A stretch of DNA of 64,000 nucleotides. Source: an uncultured Verrucomicrobiae bacterium. GTDB lineage: Bacteria > Verrucomicrobiota > Verrucomicrobiia > Limisphaerales > UBA8199. The translations under genes were made by a program, and so were the position numbers. Shown piece after piece: positions 27,982 through 38,080 of the stretch. The DNA is taken from the NCBI GenBank assembly GCA_963809845.1, contig CAWELO010000014.1:221307-285306 (forward strand), in the 5' to 3' direction. Under the pieces are notes generated by a model. That model saw nothing but the letters and a program-made list of their open reading frames with translations. It had not been told where the DNA came from and searched no databases. How positions within the stretch are numbered: position 1 is the first letter of the stretch; each line of letters opens with the position of its first letter.

Positions 27982-28158
27982 TCTCTATAGTGGACAAAGT
28001 CCAAAGCAGGTCGTTTTATTACAAAAATCTTAGGGTGACCGATGGCACCGCCTGTCTGAGCGTGTTCCAGCCCGAAGCGCAGCCCAGTCAGAGCGGCGCC
28101 CGAATGAGCCGGACGATCGCGGATTGGTCGTCGCGGTGCACCGATCTTGACACCTTCC

Positions 28159-29565
28159 ATGGGTCTCCCTAGGATTCAGAATGACGCTGGCCACACGCCT
28201 CCTACTCTCGAGTTGAGCGTGATTAACGAAACTCAATCAGCCCGCTCACTTGGCTCATTCTCGCGACATGCTCACGGACGGAACGCGTTTCTCCTCAACA
28301 GGCTCTCCCGCGTCACCTCTCCCGGCAGGAAGTTGGTGCCGCAAATTGACGGGCTGCGTTTCGTTGCGATCATGGCGGTTATCGCCTATCACGTTTCACA
28401 ATCCTTTTTGTTCCATCGCGGTTTACTAGCCCCCCACACTCAAGCGGCGGGAACCTCGTTCTGGCTCAACCACATCTTTGCCGCGGGACACAATGGGGTC
28501 CCGCTCTTCTTTGCGATCAGCGGCTTTATTCTATCCTTGCCCTTTGCGCGGCAGGCGCTCTGCGGCGGGCCGCCGGTGAGCCTCCGGGACTACTACATTC
28601 GACGGGTGACCAGAATCGAACCCCCTTATGTAATTCAGCTGGTCATCATGGTGGCGCTTTGCATCCTCATCCTTAAGAACCTCCCCAGCCACCCTCATTT
28701 ATACGGCAATCCACACTGGTTCCTTTATCTGAGTTCCCACACCCTCTCGAGCCTGGTCTATGCGCATAGCCAGATTTTCGGGACTCACGCCTATCCGAAC
28801 TACGTCCTCTGGTCCCTTGAGGTTGAGGTTCAATTTTATTTGGTTGCCCCATACCTTGCCCGCTTCCTTTTTGTCCGCGACCGGACCAAGCGGTGGGCCA
28901 CTCTTATCGGACTATTTGCCGCGAGTGTGACGGCAGCATTTCTTTTCGGAAGCCATTACCGCATCTGGGCGTCCCTGCCGGGGAACCTGCAGTTTTTCTT
29001 GCTGGGCCTTATGTTTGCCGACTTGTACGTTGAGGGGCAACTCGCCAAAGCGCCCGGGGACTACACGTGGGACATCGCCTTCGTCCTGGCTGGTGCGCTG
29101 GTTGTATTCGGTGATACCTCACTGACCGTGTTCGTGCTGCCGTCAGCTATCTTCATTTGCTTCATGGCGGCGTTCCGCGGCAGGCTCAGCGTTCACCTGC
29201 TCCAAAACCCATGGGTTGTCACCATCGGAGGGATGTGCTACACGATTTACCTGTACCATTTGGTCGTAATTTCAACGTTTATCAAAGTAACCGAGAAGGT
29301 GCGCGTTTCTAATCCATCCTTGGATCTGTTTGTTCAGTTCGTGCTCTTGTCGGCAGCCATTATTCCGAGTTGCGCGGTGCTCTTCGTGCTGTTCGAGCGG
29401 CCGTTCATGAACCGGAACTGGCCTGACCAAGCGCGCCAGGCAATCAGCCGGGCGCTCTGGCCACGCTCCGATCCGGCGATCAACCCGGCAGAAGAGCTCC
29501 GCCGAGGGCGAATAGCCGAAACAGCGGAAGAACCTAAACGGGAAGAGGCCAGAACCCGGCGCTGA
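28159..29565 (+). CDS. acyltransferase family 3 integral membrane protein
   Basis: IDGLRFVAIMAVIAYHV motif and about 10 TM segments. The ORF opens at TTG 28147, and the first ATG is at 28159. Visibly lower GC than the neighbouring genes. Confidence 0.8.
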   Translation: MGLPRIQNDAGHTPPTLELSVINETQSARSLGSFSRHAHGRNAFLLNRLSRVTSPGRKLVPQIDGLRFVAIMAVIAYHVSQSFLFHRGLLAPHTQAAGTSFWLNHIFAAGHNGVPLFFAISGFILSLPFARQALCGGPPVSLRDYYIRRVTRIEPPYVIQLVIMVALCILILKNLPSHPHLYGNPHWFLYLSSHTLSSLVYAHSQIFGTHAYPNYVLWSLEVEVQFYLVAPYLARFLFVRDRTKRWATLIGLFAASVTAAFLFGSHYRIWASLPGNLQFFLLGLMFADLYVEGQLAKAPGDYTWDIAFVLAGALVVFGDTSLTVFVLPSAIFICFMAAFRGRLSVHLLQNPWVVTIGGMCYTIYLYHLVVISTFIKVTEKVRVSNPSLDLFVQFVLLSAAIIPSCAVLFVLFERPFMNRNWPDQARQAISRALWPRSDPAINPAEELRRGRIAETAEEPKREEARTRR

Positions 29566-29622
29566 CCCGTTTAGACCCGCCGAGAGCGGATTCAAACCAC
29601 TTGGGGATGTCACGGATTTGCC

Positions 29623-31478
29623 TTGCATTTGCAACGATTCCTCCTCACAAGACCGGCTGTGAGAATACGTTGGCGTGGGGTGATCCCATTCCTGGGGTGC
29701 GCCTGGGCGGTGATGGGGCTTCAGGTGGCGTCGGCCCAAAGCGTCCCCTTGGATCTTCGGTTAGTGACCGTCACCAATGCCGGGACGCCGGCTTGGCAGT
29801 TTAAGGTGGTGGCCAGTGGTCCGCCGGGGTCCAACGCCTTGATCCAGTTTTCGCGGGACGCCACCAACTGGGAGATGCAGACTTTTGTGACCTGCAACGG
29901 CCAGATTGAGGAGGCAGCCGGCCTCGCCAGCACGATTCCCAACGGCTATTACCGGCTGCTGATGGATGATACCTTTGCCACGAATGCGATGTTGCGCGGG
30001 GTCCTGCGTTACACCGGCAGCCGTCCCCCGCTGACCAACGTGACGTACATCGCCTCGGACGGAAACACCTATACAGTGCCGGGGGCCTACCTGCGCTGGT
30101 GCGAACTTTACGTGGATCCCAGCACCTCGTTCGCCACGGTGAGCGCCGCCGTGCAGGCGGGAGGCGGGAGGGTGCTCAGCGCCTTGCCCGCCGCGGGTCT
30201 CTACGAGGTGCAGGCCCCCACTCCCGATGTGTCGGGATTCTTGAGCGGCTTTTACAGCCAAAGCTGGTTTGTGGATGCGGGGCCAGCTGGCCCGGCACTC
30301 CGGGGTTCGGCCAGCAAGGTTGGCTCGGATGTGGACATTTTGGACTGGAACGATGCCGGGGATTCGACTCCGTGCCTGGGCTCGCACATGACGGATGTGG
30401 GGATGGTGGCCGGAAGCCGGCGCCCCTACGACATGTACAACGCCAACGATCCCAAGTTGTTCGACGTGCATGATCGCACGACCGAACTTCCCGCCGAGGT
30501 GCTGGCGCACATGGTTGATGCTTACAAGGCGAACAAGCACCTCACGGTAAATCTGTCGCTGCAATCCCCGTCCTCGGGAGCGGCCATCTCCTCTGATTTG
30601 TCCGCGTGCACGAATGCGACCTGCGCCGGCATCCGGCGCGATCAGAAGCTTTTTTTCAGGGCTTCCTCCAAATGCTCGACCAGACCCTCATCAACCAACC
30701 GGACGTGGCCGACAATACCATGCTGGTGATTATCGCGGGAAATGCGGGCGTGAACCTGGATAACGAACTGGCCGGGCTCAGAAGTCAATACCCTTCAGCT
30801 TTTGAGCGGATGGTGGTGGTCGGGGGCACCGACGCGAACGGCAACATTGCCACCGAGTTCAATCATCTGAACGACAACACGGTTCAAAACATGGTCTATG
30901 CCCGGGCGCAGGATGTGTGGCCGGTGTTTTGCAGCGGGACTTCTTTTGCCGGACCGGAGGTCAGCAGCGTACTGGATGCGATCTGGCTGCAGGCCACCAA
31001 CTATACCTCGGCGCAAATATGGACCGCGTTCTATAAGACGCTCGTCAAGAACGGCACGAACAATATCATCCCGGCGGATAGCAAGGGGAAGGTCACGACC
31101 AACTTCATCAACCAGGTCGTCCAAACCCTCGGCACCCTGCCTCCGGACGTCCATCCCAAGCGCCTCACCCTGCCCATGATCGGCGGTTGTCCCGGCGGCA
31201 GCGCCTCCGCCACGTTCAATATCACCGCCCCCACGAATGTGACCTGGTCCATTACCTGGACCGGTCTGCCGGCTTCGATCGGCACCCATACGGTAACACC
31301 CGCCAGCGGGACCGGCCCGGCGGTCGTGACCTTCACGGCGACGGTGCTGCCCCAAAGGCCTAATTTTACCTGCAGCGACACCTACCAACTGACCTATGGG
31401 GATCAAGTCGCGGTCAGTTTTTCCAGCGGTGAGTTCTACTGGGTCGGGGTGAATTACGTTTACCTGGCGGTCTGGTAA
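29623..31478 (+). pseudogene. subtilase (S8)-like serine protease split by a frameshift at a T7 run
   Basis: Asp box VDILDWNDAGD, His box GSHMTDVGMVAG and Asn box VNLSLQS lie in ORF 29623-30729. The Ser box GTSFAGPEVSSV lies in ORF 30606-31478, in the -1 frame. The junction is at 30650-30656. The likely start is GTG 29659 or TTG 29623. Confidence 0.65.
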
Positions 31479-31590
31479 GCCGCCGGGGACTGCCGGCCGG
31501 GATGCGGGGCGTGTCCGTTTTCCTACCCTATCAGGATCAGTAATCTTGCGGACTTTCTAAAGAAGATGATTCCTGCTATAAGCCTTGGGG

Positions 31591-33744
31591 ATGAATCGAA
31601 GGGCATTGTGCTTGGGGCTGGCACTTTTGATCCTGCCGCATCTGACGGGCAGGGCACAAGAGAACGGAGTCATTTATCAAATTCCGGCGGGGGAGTACAA
31701 CGCGCTGCTGGATCTTTACAACCTCACGGGGGGAGCCAACTGGGGCACCAACACCGGCTGGCTCAACCCCGATGCCCCAGAGTGGGCCGGGGTGCAAATC
31801 AGCGGCGTCGATTACGATAGCGGCGGCAATGTCATTGGGACGGGCAATGTCACTTTCCTGTATTTGAACGGGAATGGGCTGACGGGGAGCATTCCGAGCA
31901 CGGTGAGCAGCCTGACGCAGTTGGAGGGATTGGCCCTGCAGGATAACCAGCTCGGCGGCAGCATCCCCGACACCCTGGGAAGCCTCAGCCAGTTGCAGGA
32001 GCTTTACCTCTACGACAACCAGCTCACCGGGAGCATACCGTTGACCCTGGCCAATCTCTCGCAGTTGCAGGAGTTCTATCTGCATTATAATCAGCTCAGC
32101 GGCGCCATTCCCGCCAACCTGGGAAACCTGGTCCAACTGCAGGACCTGTATCTTCAAGGCAATCAACTCACCGGCGGCATCCCGTCCAGCCTGGGCAACC
32201 TCGGCCAGTTGCAGTCCCTCGCCCTCCATGGGAACTTGCTCACGGGCGTCGTCCCAACCACGCTGACCAACCTTACGCAGCTCCAGGAACTTTCCCTGGC
32301 TAATAACCAGCTCACCGGCACGATACCCGGCGGACTGGGCGGGCTCAGCCAGTTGCAGGAACTTTATCTCCAAGGCAACCAGCTCACGGGCTCGATTCCC
32401 GACACCCTGGGAAACCTGGCGAATCTGAAGGAACTTTACCTGGGAGGCAACCAGCTCAGCGGCCCCATTCCGACCACGCTGGCCGGCTTGGTGCAACTGC
32501 AGGTCCTGGCGTTGCAGGGCAACGCGCTCACGGGCGCCATCCCCTCCACCTTCGGCAACCTGGCGGGGTTGCAGGAACTTTCGCTGGGAGACAACCAGTT
32601 CAGTGGCGGCATCCCGGCGACTCTGGGCACCCTCACGCAGTTGCAGGATCTGTATCTGCAGGGCAACCAGCTTGCGGGGAGCATCCCGGCCAGCCTGGGC
32701 GGCTTGTGGCAACTGGCGGAGCTGGATTGCAGCGGCAACCTGCTCACCGGGGGCATTCCCACCGAGTTGGGCGCGCTCACCAATCTCAATTACCTGGATC
32801 TCAGCGCCAACCGATTGTCCGGTGACATCCCCAGCTTCGCCGGACTGCAGAATTTCGACTCGTGGGATGGCGCGTTTTTGTACGGCAACGCCCTCGAAAT
32901 CTGTCCAGGGACGCAATCCCGTTCCAATCTCGACCAGATGGTGGCCGCCGGAAAAAGGGTGATTTATGATCCACAACTTCCGGAAGTTGTTTCCCCGCCG
33001 CAGCCCTTGGTGCGGGTGAGCGGGGGGAGCGCCGGGTTTTCGGTAGTGGCCGGGTGTTCCGGTGAGGAGTCGTTTTACCAATGGCAGCTAAACGGCGCGG
33101 CTCTTGCCGACAATGGCCGCATCACGGGCGCCCAAACCGATTCATTTACGATCAACAATGTGCTGATGAGCGACGCGGGCAATTACCAGGTCGTCCTGTC
33201 CAATTCGGTGGGTTCGGTCACCAGCGCACCAGTGGCGCTGTCCGTGCTCAAGGCCACGCCCATCATAACCTGGGCCACTCCGGCCCCCATCACGAACGGC
33301 ACCGTCCTCGGAACCGGCCAACTCAACGCCACGGCCAGCACTCCCGGCGGCTTCGTTTATAGCCCGCCGGCCGGTTCCCTGCCGGCCACGGGCACCAACC
33401 TGCTCTCCGTCAGCTTCACCCCGAATGACACCGCTAATTACACGACCGCCGGCGCCAGCGTCAGCCTCGTCGTGGTACCGAATTACATTTACGACGGGAT
33501 CAACCTGGCCGACCCGGCGCAGGCTTTGGCTGACCCGGACGGCGACGGGCTTTCCAACCTGATGGAATATGCTTTGGGCGCAAACCCCGCGAACGCATCG
33601 GACGCGAAATCGGTGCTGGTCACCTCAGAGCTCACGGACACCGGTGGCCGCTATGTTTCCATGCAGTTTAAGCGCCGCAAGGATACCGCTGGTGTGCCCG
33701 TGCAGTACATCCCCGAGGTCTCGGGGGACCGGCAGACTTGGTAA
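31591..33744 (+). CDS. secreted leucine-rich-repeat protein (14 plant-type 24-aa LRRs) with Ig-like C-terminal domains
   Basis: Signal peptide MNRRALCLGLALLILPHLTGRAQE. Fourteen tandem LxxLxLxxNxLTGSIPxxLGNLxx units. I-set-like segment DAGNYQVVLSNSVGSVTS. DPDGDGLSNLMEYALG motif near the C-terminus. Confidence 0.85.
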   Translation: MNRRALCLGLALLILPHLTGRAQENGVIYQIPAGEYNALLDLYNLTGGANWGTNTGWLNPDAPEWAGVQISGVDYDSGGNVIGTGNVTFLYLNGNGLTGSIPSTVSSLTQLEGLALQDNQLGGSIPDTLGSLSQLQELYLYDNQLTGSIPLTLANLSQLQEFYLHYNQLSGAIPANLGNLVQLQDLYLQGNQLTGGIPSSLGNLGQLQSLALHGNLLTGVVPTTLTNLTQLQELSLANNQLTGTIPGGLGGLSQLQELYLQGNQLTGSIPDTLGNLANLKELYLGGNQLSGPIPTTLAGLVQLQVLALQGNALTGAIPSTFGNLAGLQELSLGDNQFSGGIPATLGTLTQLQDLYLQGNQLAGSIPASLGGLWQLAELDCSGNLLTGGIPTELGALTNLNYLDLSANRLSGDIPSFAGLQNFDSWDGAFLYGNALEICPGTQSRSNLDQMVAAGKRVIYDPQLPEVVSPPQPLVRVSGGSAGFSVVAGCSGEESFYQWQLNGAALADNGRITGAQTDSFTINNVLMSDAGNYQVVLSNSVGSVTSAPVALSVLKATPIITWATPAPITNGTVLGTGQLNATASTPGGFVYSPPAGSLPATGTNLLSVSFTPNDTANYTTAGASVSLVVVPNYIYDGINLADPAQALADPDGDGLSNLMEYALGANPANASDAKSVLVTSELTDTGGRYVSMQFKRRKDTAGVPVQYIPEVSGDRQTW

Positions 33745-33966
33745 TCAGATAGTTCACACGTGCTGAACGTAAGCGTAGCCTCGTTGGACACGCAGTTCGA
33801 TTGGGTCACCGTGCGGGACCAGACGCCCACCACGATGACCACACCGCGGTTCATCCGGTTGCGCGTGACCTTGTCGCCCAACTGAGCCATGCCCGCTGCG
33901 GCGAGGTTTCTGTCCGCCGGAATTCAGCCTTATCCTCATCCCTCTCGTCGCGTCGTGACAAACGAC

Positions 33967-34036
33967 GGCCATGCAACGACTGTCGCGGAGCGAAAATCGC
34001 TGGCCATGCAATGCATGTCGCGGAGCGACAATTGAT
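33967..34036. repeat. 35-bp tandem duplication
   Basis: GGCCATGCAACGACTGTCGCGGAGCGAAAATCGCT is followed by GGCCATGCAATGCATGTCGCGGAGCGACAATTGAT. Confidence 0.7.
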
Positions 34037-34109
34037 GGTAGCCATGGACTTCAGTCCATGGATCTTTGGCCCCTTGATGAACGCGTCGCGTCGCGACGCC
34101 TCTCGGGGG
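34034..34109 (+). repeat. family B hairpin repeat copy 2
   Basis: GATGGTAGCCATGGACTTCAGTCCATGG (perfect 8-bp stem) ...GCGTCGCGTCGCGACGCCTCTCGGGGG. Matches 11860-11936. Confidence 0.7.
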
Positions 34110-34195
34110 AGATGAGCCGACCGTGAACGCGAAACCCGCGCCGGCAAATGATTTATCCGGGACGAATCGAGACTATCGTTTGAGGCCGGGCCTCG

Positions 34196-35347
34196 TTAGG
34201 CCTTGAGTCCGAGTGCCTGGGCGACCACGCTGTCCACCACACATTTGCCATCCACGGTCTTGCGGGCGAGCCCAAAGCCCTCATCCCAGCCCCACACTGC
34301 CCAGCCGATGTGGTTCTCGGCCAGTACCTGGCCGAAATCGCGGAACCAGTTGGCCCGATGCTCGGGCTTGCTGTGCCGCGGGAAGACGCCGAATTCCCCA
34401 CAATACAAGGGCACCCCGTTTTGCGCGCCCCATTCGATGCCTTGATGGAAGCGCGCGGCCAGTTTCTCTTTATTCCAGCGTTCCTTGCCATAGGCCTCGA
34501 CCATGCGCAGGGAGGCGGGGTTGGACTCGAGTTCGGGCAGCAGCGGCGCCACGGCTTCCGGACTCGACGGGTAGGGAACATCGTGGAGCGGCTTCACCGC
34601 GTCGCTGCTCCACGTCGCGCCCTGGTGCGTGAACGTGAAGGGATCGTAACAGTGGAACGAATAAATGACGTTTTTGTCCGGCAACAACTTGAGCTTCTTG
34701 AGCCCGTCGATGCCGCCCCAGTTGGGACCGGAAGTGACGATCGTATGGTGCGGCGCATTTTGGCGAATTACGCCCGCCAGGCGCGCGTTCAGCGCGTTCC
34801 ATTCCTCCTCGCGGTGAGCGAACACGGGTTCGTTGATGATCTCGAGGATCGTCAACTCGGGATCAAAGCGTGACAGCCGTCCGGCCAGCGACCCCCAGAA
34901 ACGGGCGAAGGACTCCTGCCAGGCCGGGTCGATCTCGGCGGCACGCTCTTCATTGTGGATATCGACAATGACCAGCAATCCGGCGCGGTGAAACCGCTCG
35001 ATGGCGGCCTCCAGGTAATTGCCTCGATCCTCGATGATCGCGCCCGAGGCCCGGTCCATGATGACCCGGGGCGCCACACACAGGCGCACATGCTTGAGCC
35101 CGATTTGCGCCATAAAGGCCGCTTCGTCTTCGCTGATGTAACTCGCGAGATGCTTCGCCAGGTCACCCCGCGCAAACCGGAACCACTGGCACACGTTGGC
35201 CCCGGTCGCCAGCCGATCGAGCCGGCTTTGTGGCACTGCCTCCACCAAGTCCGCGGCCGGCAATGAGGGCAGGACTGCCAGTCCGGCGCCGGCGACAGCC
35301 GTCGCCCGCAGGAAGCCGCGGCGATTCATCAAGCTGAGTTCCTTCAT
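34196..35347 (-). CDS. TAT-exported glycoside hydrolase family 5
   Basis: Leader MKELSLMNRRGFLRATAVAGAGLAV. DIHNEE and ILEIINEP (catalytic NEP), plus FHCYDPFTFTHQGATW. Start taken at ATG 35347. Confidence 0.85.
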   Translation of the reverse strand: MKELSLMNRRGFLRATAVAGAGLAVLPSLPAADLVEAVPQSRLDRLATGANVCQWFRFARGDLAKHLASYISEDEAAFMAQIGLKHVRLCVAPRVIMDRASGAIIEDRGNYLEAAIERFHRAGLLVIVDIHNEERAAEIDPAWQESFARFWGSLAGRLSRFDPELTILEIINEPVFAHREEEWNALNARLAGVIRQNAPHHTIVTSGPNWGGIDGLKKLKLLPDKNVIYSFHCYDPFTFTHQGATWSSDAVKPLHDVPYPSSPEAVAPLLPELESNPASLRMVEAYGKERWNKEKLAARFHQGIEWGAQNGVPLYCGEFGVFPRHSKPEHRANWFRDFGQVLAENHIGWAVWGWDEGFGLARKTVDGKCVVDSVVAQALGLKA

Positions 35348-35437
35348 AAATGAATTCACTTTGTCGAACGGACAGGGCCAAATCAACAAGATTGTATAAT
35401 AAGGCGCGCCGCCCCGGGGCTGCATCAAGCGCGTCCT

Positions 35438-35509
35438 GGCGGGGTGGGGACAGCTTGTCCCCACAATCCTGCGTCCACCCTGGTGGGGACACGCTGTCCC
35501 CACCCCGCC
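35438..35509. repeat. inverted pair of 27-bp units, each containing a 17-bp palindrome GGGGACA-N3-TGTCCCC
   Basis: GGCGGGGTGGGGACAGCTTGTCCCCAC at 35438-35464, and its near-exact reverse complement at 35483-35509. It lies in the divergent GH5/lipoprotein intergenic region. Confidence 0.8.
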
Positions 35510-35614
35510 TGGCAGCGGTCAGCCTTGACTATCGATCGAGGCCGGCGGGGAAGCCGATCGTAAACGGTGAGTTGACCAGGTGCGCCGGGCAAGCGATTTT
35601 AAGGTGCGAAGACA

Positions 35615-37988
35615 ATGCAACCGACCGCACCGCCTCACCTCCTGGAACTTATCACGGTCACCCTTGCCCTCGCGCTGTCGGGGTGCGCGACCCGGCAAAG
35701 TCCCGCGCTGGGAGAACCCACCACCTACGATGTCAGCCCGCAGCCGGAATCCAGCGCGCTGACGGCCCCGATGAGTGCCAGCCTGGCGGATTCCGTCTGG
35801 CCGCGCTACGTCCCCGGCGCGGGTGCGACGAACATCCTGTATCAGCCGCAGGTGGATTCGTGGGACGGGCACCAACTCGTGGCGCGGGAGGCGGTGGCGA
35901 TTCATCCGCCCGGAAGGCCGCTGTATGTATATGGGGTGGTGACCATCCGGGCGATCACCCTGGTGGATAAGGCCAAGCACACCGTGTCCCTCGAGCAGAT
36001 TCAAGTGTTAGCCGGCGATTTTCCTTCCGAGCGCGAGAATGACAAAGCGAATCTGCTGCTGCTCCAAAAATCCTTCCCCAAGGAATTGACGGGGCTGTCA
36101 CTGGACCGTTTGGAATCGAGTTTTTCGGTGGCGCCGCAAGCTCTGCGGGGTTCGGCCCAGCCGTTGAACAATACGCCGCCGCGGATCATTTTTGCCACGA
36201 AACCCTCGTTGCTGGTGTATATCGACGGCCCGCCGATTTATCGCCCGGTGCCGGGGACTCAGTTGCAGCGGGTGATCAACTCGGGCATGCTGCTCTTCAA
36301 AGACCAGGGCGGGCGGCATTATCTGCGTTCGCCCGCGGGCTATCTCACCGCGCCAGACCTGACGGGGCCGTGGACGGTGGCCAGCCAGGTGCCGCCAGGC
36401 GCCAAGGAAGCCGAAGCGCAGATGGGTGAGGGCGAAGCTGCGGATTTGGTTGCGCCACAGCCCCTCGCACCGAACACCGGCACGGCGAGTTCTACGAATG
36501 GGAATCCGCCCCTGGTCTATGTCGCCACCACTCCCGCGGAGTTGGTGATCTTCCAAGGCGAGCCCAACTTTGTTCCCATTCCGGACACACACCTGCTGTA
36601 TGTGGCTAACACGACAGCCAATGTGTTCAAGTTGTTGACCGACCAGAAGGTGTATGTGTTGCTCTCAGGCCGCTGGTTTCGCGCGCCTTCGCTCGACGGG
36701 CCTTGGCAGTATGTGCCGGCCACCCAGTTGGCCTCGGATTTCGAGTCCATCCCCGACACCAGCCCCAAGGAGAACGTGAAAGCGAGCGTGCCGGGCACCG
36801 CCCAAGCCACTGAGGCGCTCATTGCCAACAGCATCCCGCAAGGCACAAAAGTTCAGCGGAGCGCCCCGATGCAGGATCCGAGGCTCGACGGGGCGCCGCA
36901 ACTACAGCCGATAGCGGGCACCCCGCTTTATTATGTCGTGAACAGCGCCACACCCATCATCAAGGTGGATGATAACTCGTGGTATGCCTGCCAGAATGGG
37001 GTTTGGTTTGTTTCGACCTCGGTCAACGGACCTTGGGTGGTGGCCGCGTCTATTCCGGCGGTGATCTATTCGATTCCGCCGAGTTCGCCACTGCATTACC
37101 TGACCTATGTGCGGATTTATGGGACCGCGCCGGATGTACGTGTACGAAGGCTATACCCCGGGTTACCTGGGGGATGAAGTGGAAGACGGCGTGGTGGTCT
37201 ATGGCACCGGATATTATTATCCGCCCTGGGTGGGCGGGGTGTGGTATGGCTGGCCCGTGACGTGGGGCTTTGGCTGGGGACCATGCTGGAACCCCTGGGA
37301 TGATTGGTGCTTCGGCTGGGGTTTCGGTTGGGGTTGTGGTTATGGGCCCTACGCGTGGCGCTACTGTCACCCGCCCGGCCCATGGTGGGGCCCGTACCGG
37401 CACTGGGAGCGCCAACCGGGCGCCCTGGCGGCCAGGAGAGATGTCCGATTTACCACCGCCCGGAATCTTTATGACCGCACCACGCCGCGCAGCGATCTCG
37501 GCGCCAGGAGCCTGGTTGACCGCCAGGCGGCCGCTGATTACGGACGCTCCTACAACTCTCGCACCGGCGCCCGGCTCTCCGATCCACGCGGACCCGTGGT
37601 GGATAACGCCAGGGCCTGGGACGGCCGTTCCGCCAGCCGCGAGGCGTGGTTTGGCAGCGGGACCGCGCAACGCGGAGGCCTCTCGCGCGGCGGCGGCAGC
37701 ACGGGCTACGGTTCCTGGCGAGCGGTGGATTCCGTCGCGCCACGTTCCGCGGCGGCTTCGCGATTTTTTGACTCCGGGCGCATGGGGGGGCCGGCAGGCT
37801 TTGGCGGTGGCAGGTCGTATGGCGCTTCTCGTGGCTGGGGTGGCGGCGCAGAGAGGGGTTATTCGGGCGGTTTCAGCACGCGGGGCAGCGGGGGCGGCGG
37901 GGGCGGCGGCGGATTTTCCGGCGCGGGTCATGGAGGCGGGGGCGGCCACTCCGGTGGAGGCGGCGGGCACAGCGGAGGCGGGCGGTAG
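35615..37988 (+). pseudogene. large lipoprotein with Trp/Tyr/Gly-rich and poly-Gly C-terminus, split by a +1 frameshift
   Basis: Lipobox LALSGC at the N-terminus. ORF 35615-37177 ends ...LTYVRIYGTAPD. ORF 37107-37988 continues with YVYEGYTPGYLG...YGTGYYYPPWVGG and ends GGGGGGGGFSGAGHGGGGGHSGGGGGHSGGGR. Confidence 0.6.
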
Positions 37989-38080
37989 AAACCTCCGATG
38001 GTTTGAACGGGGCTGGGGCTGGGGATGGGTTCGGGCGAGGGTTAGCACTTAGGGCCTCGCAGAAGGGGCGGGAGGGGGTT

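Noticed and set aside
37050-38048. 332-aa minus-strand ORF opposite the Gly-rich lipoprotein tail
   Set aside because: Its low-complexity Ala/Pro/Arg sequence is generated by the complementary strand of the GGC-rich coding repeat.
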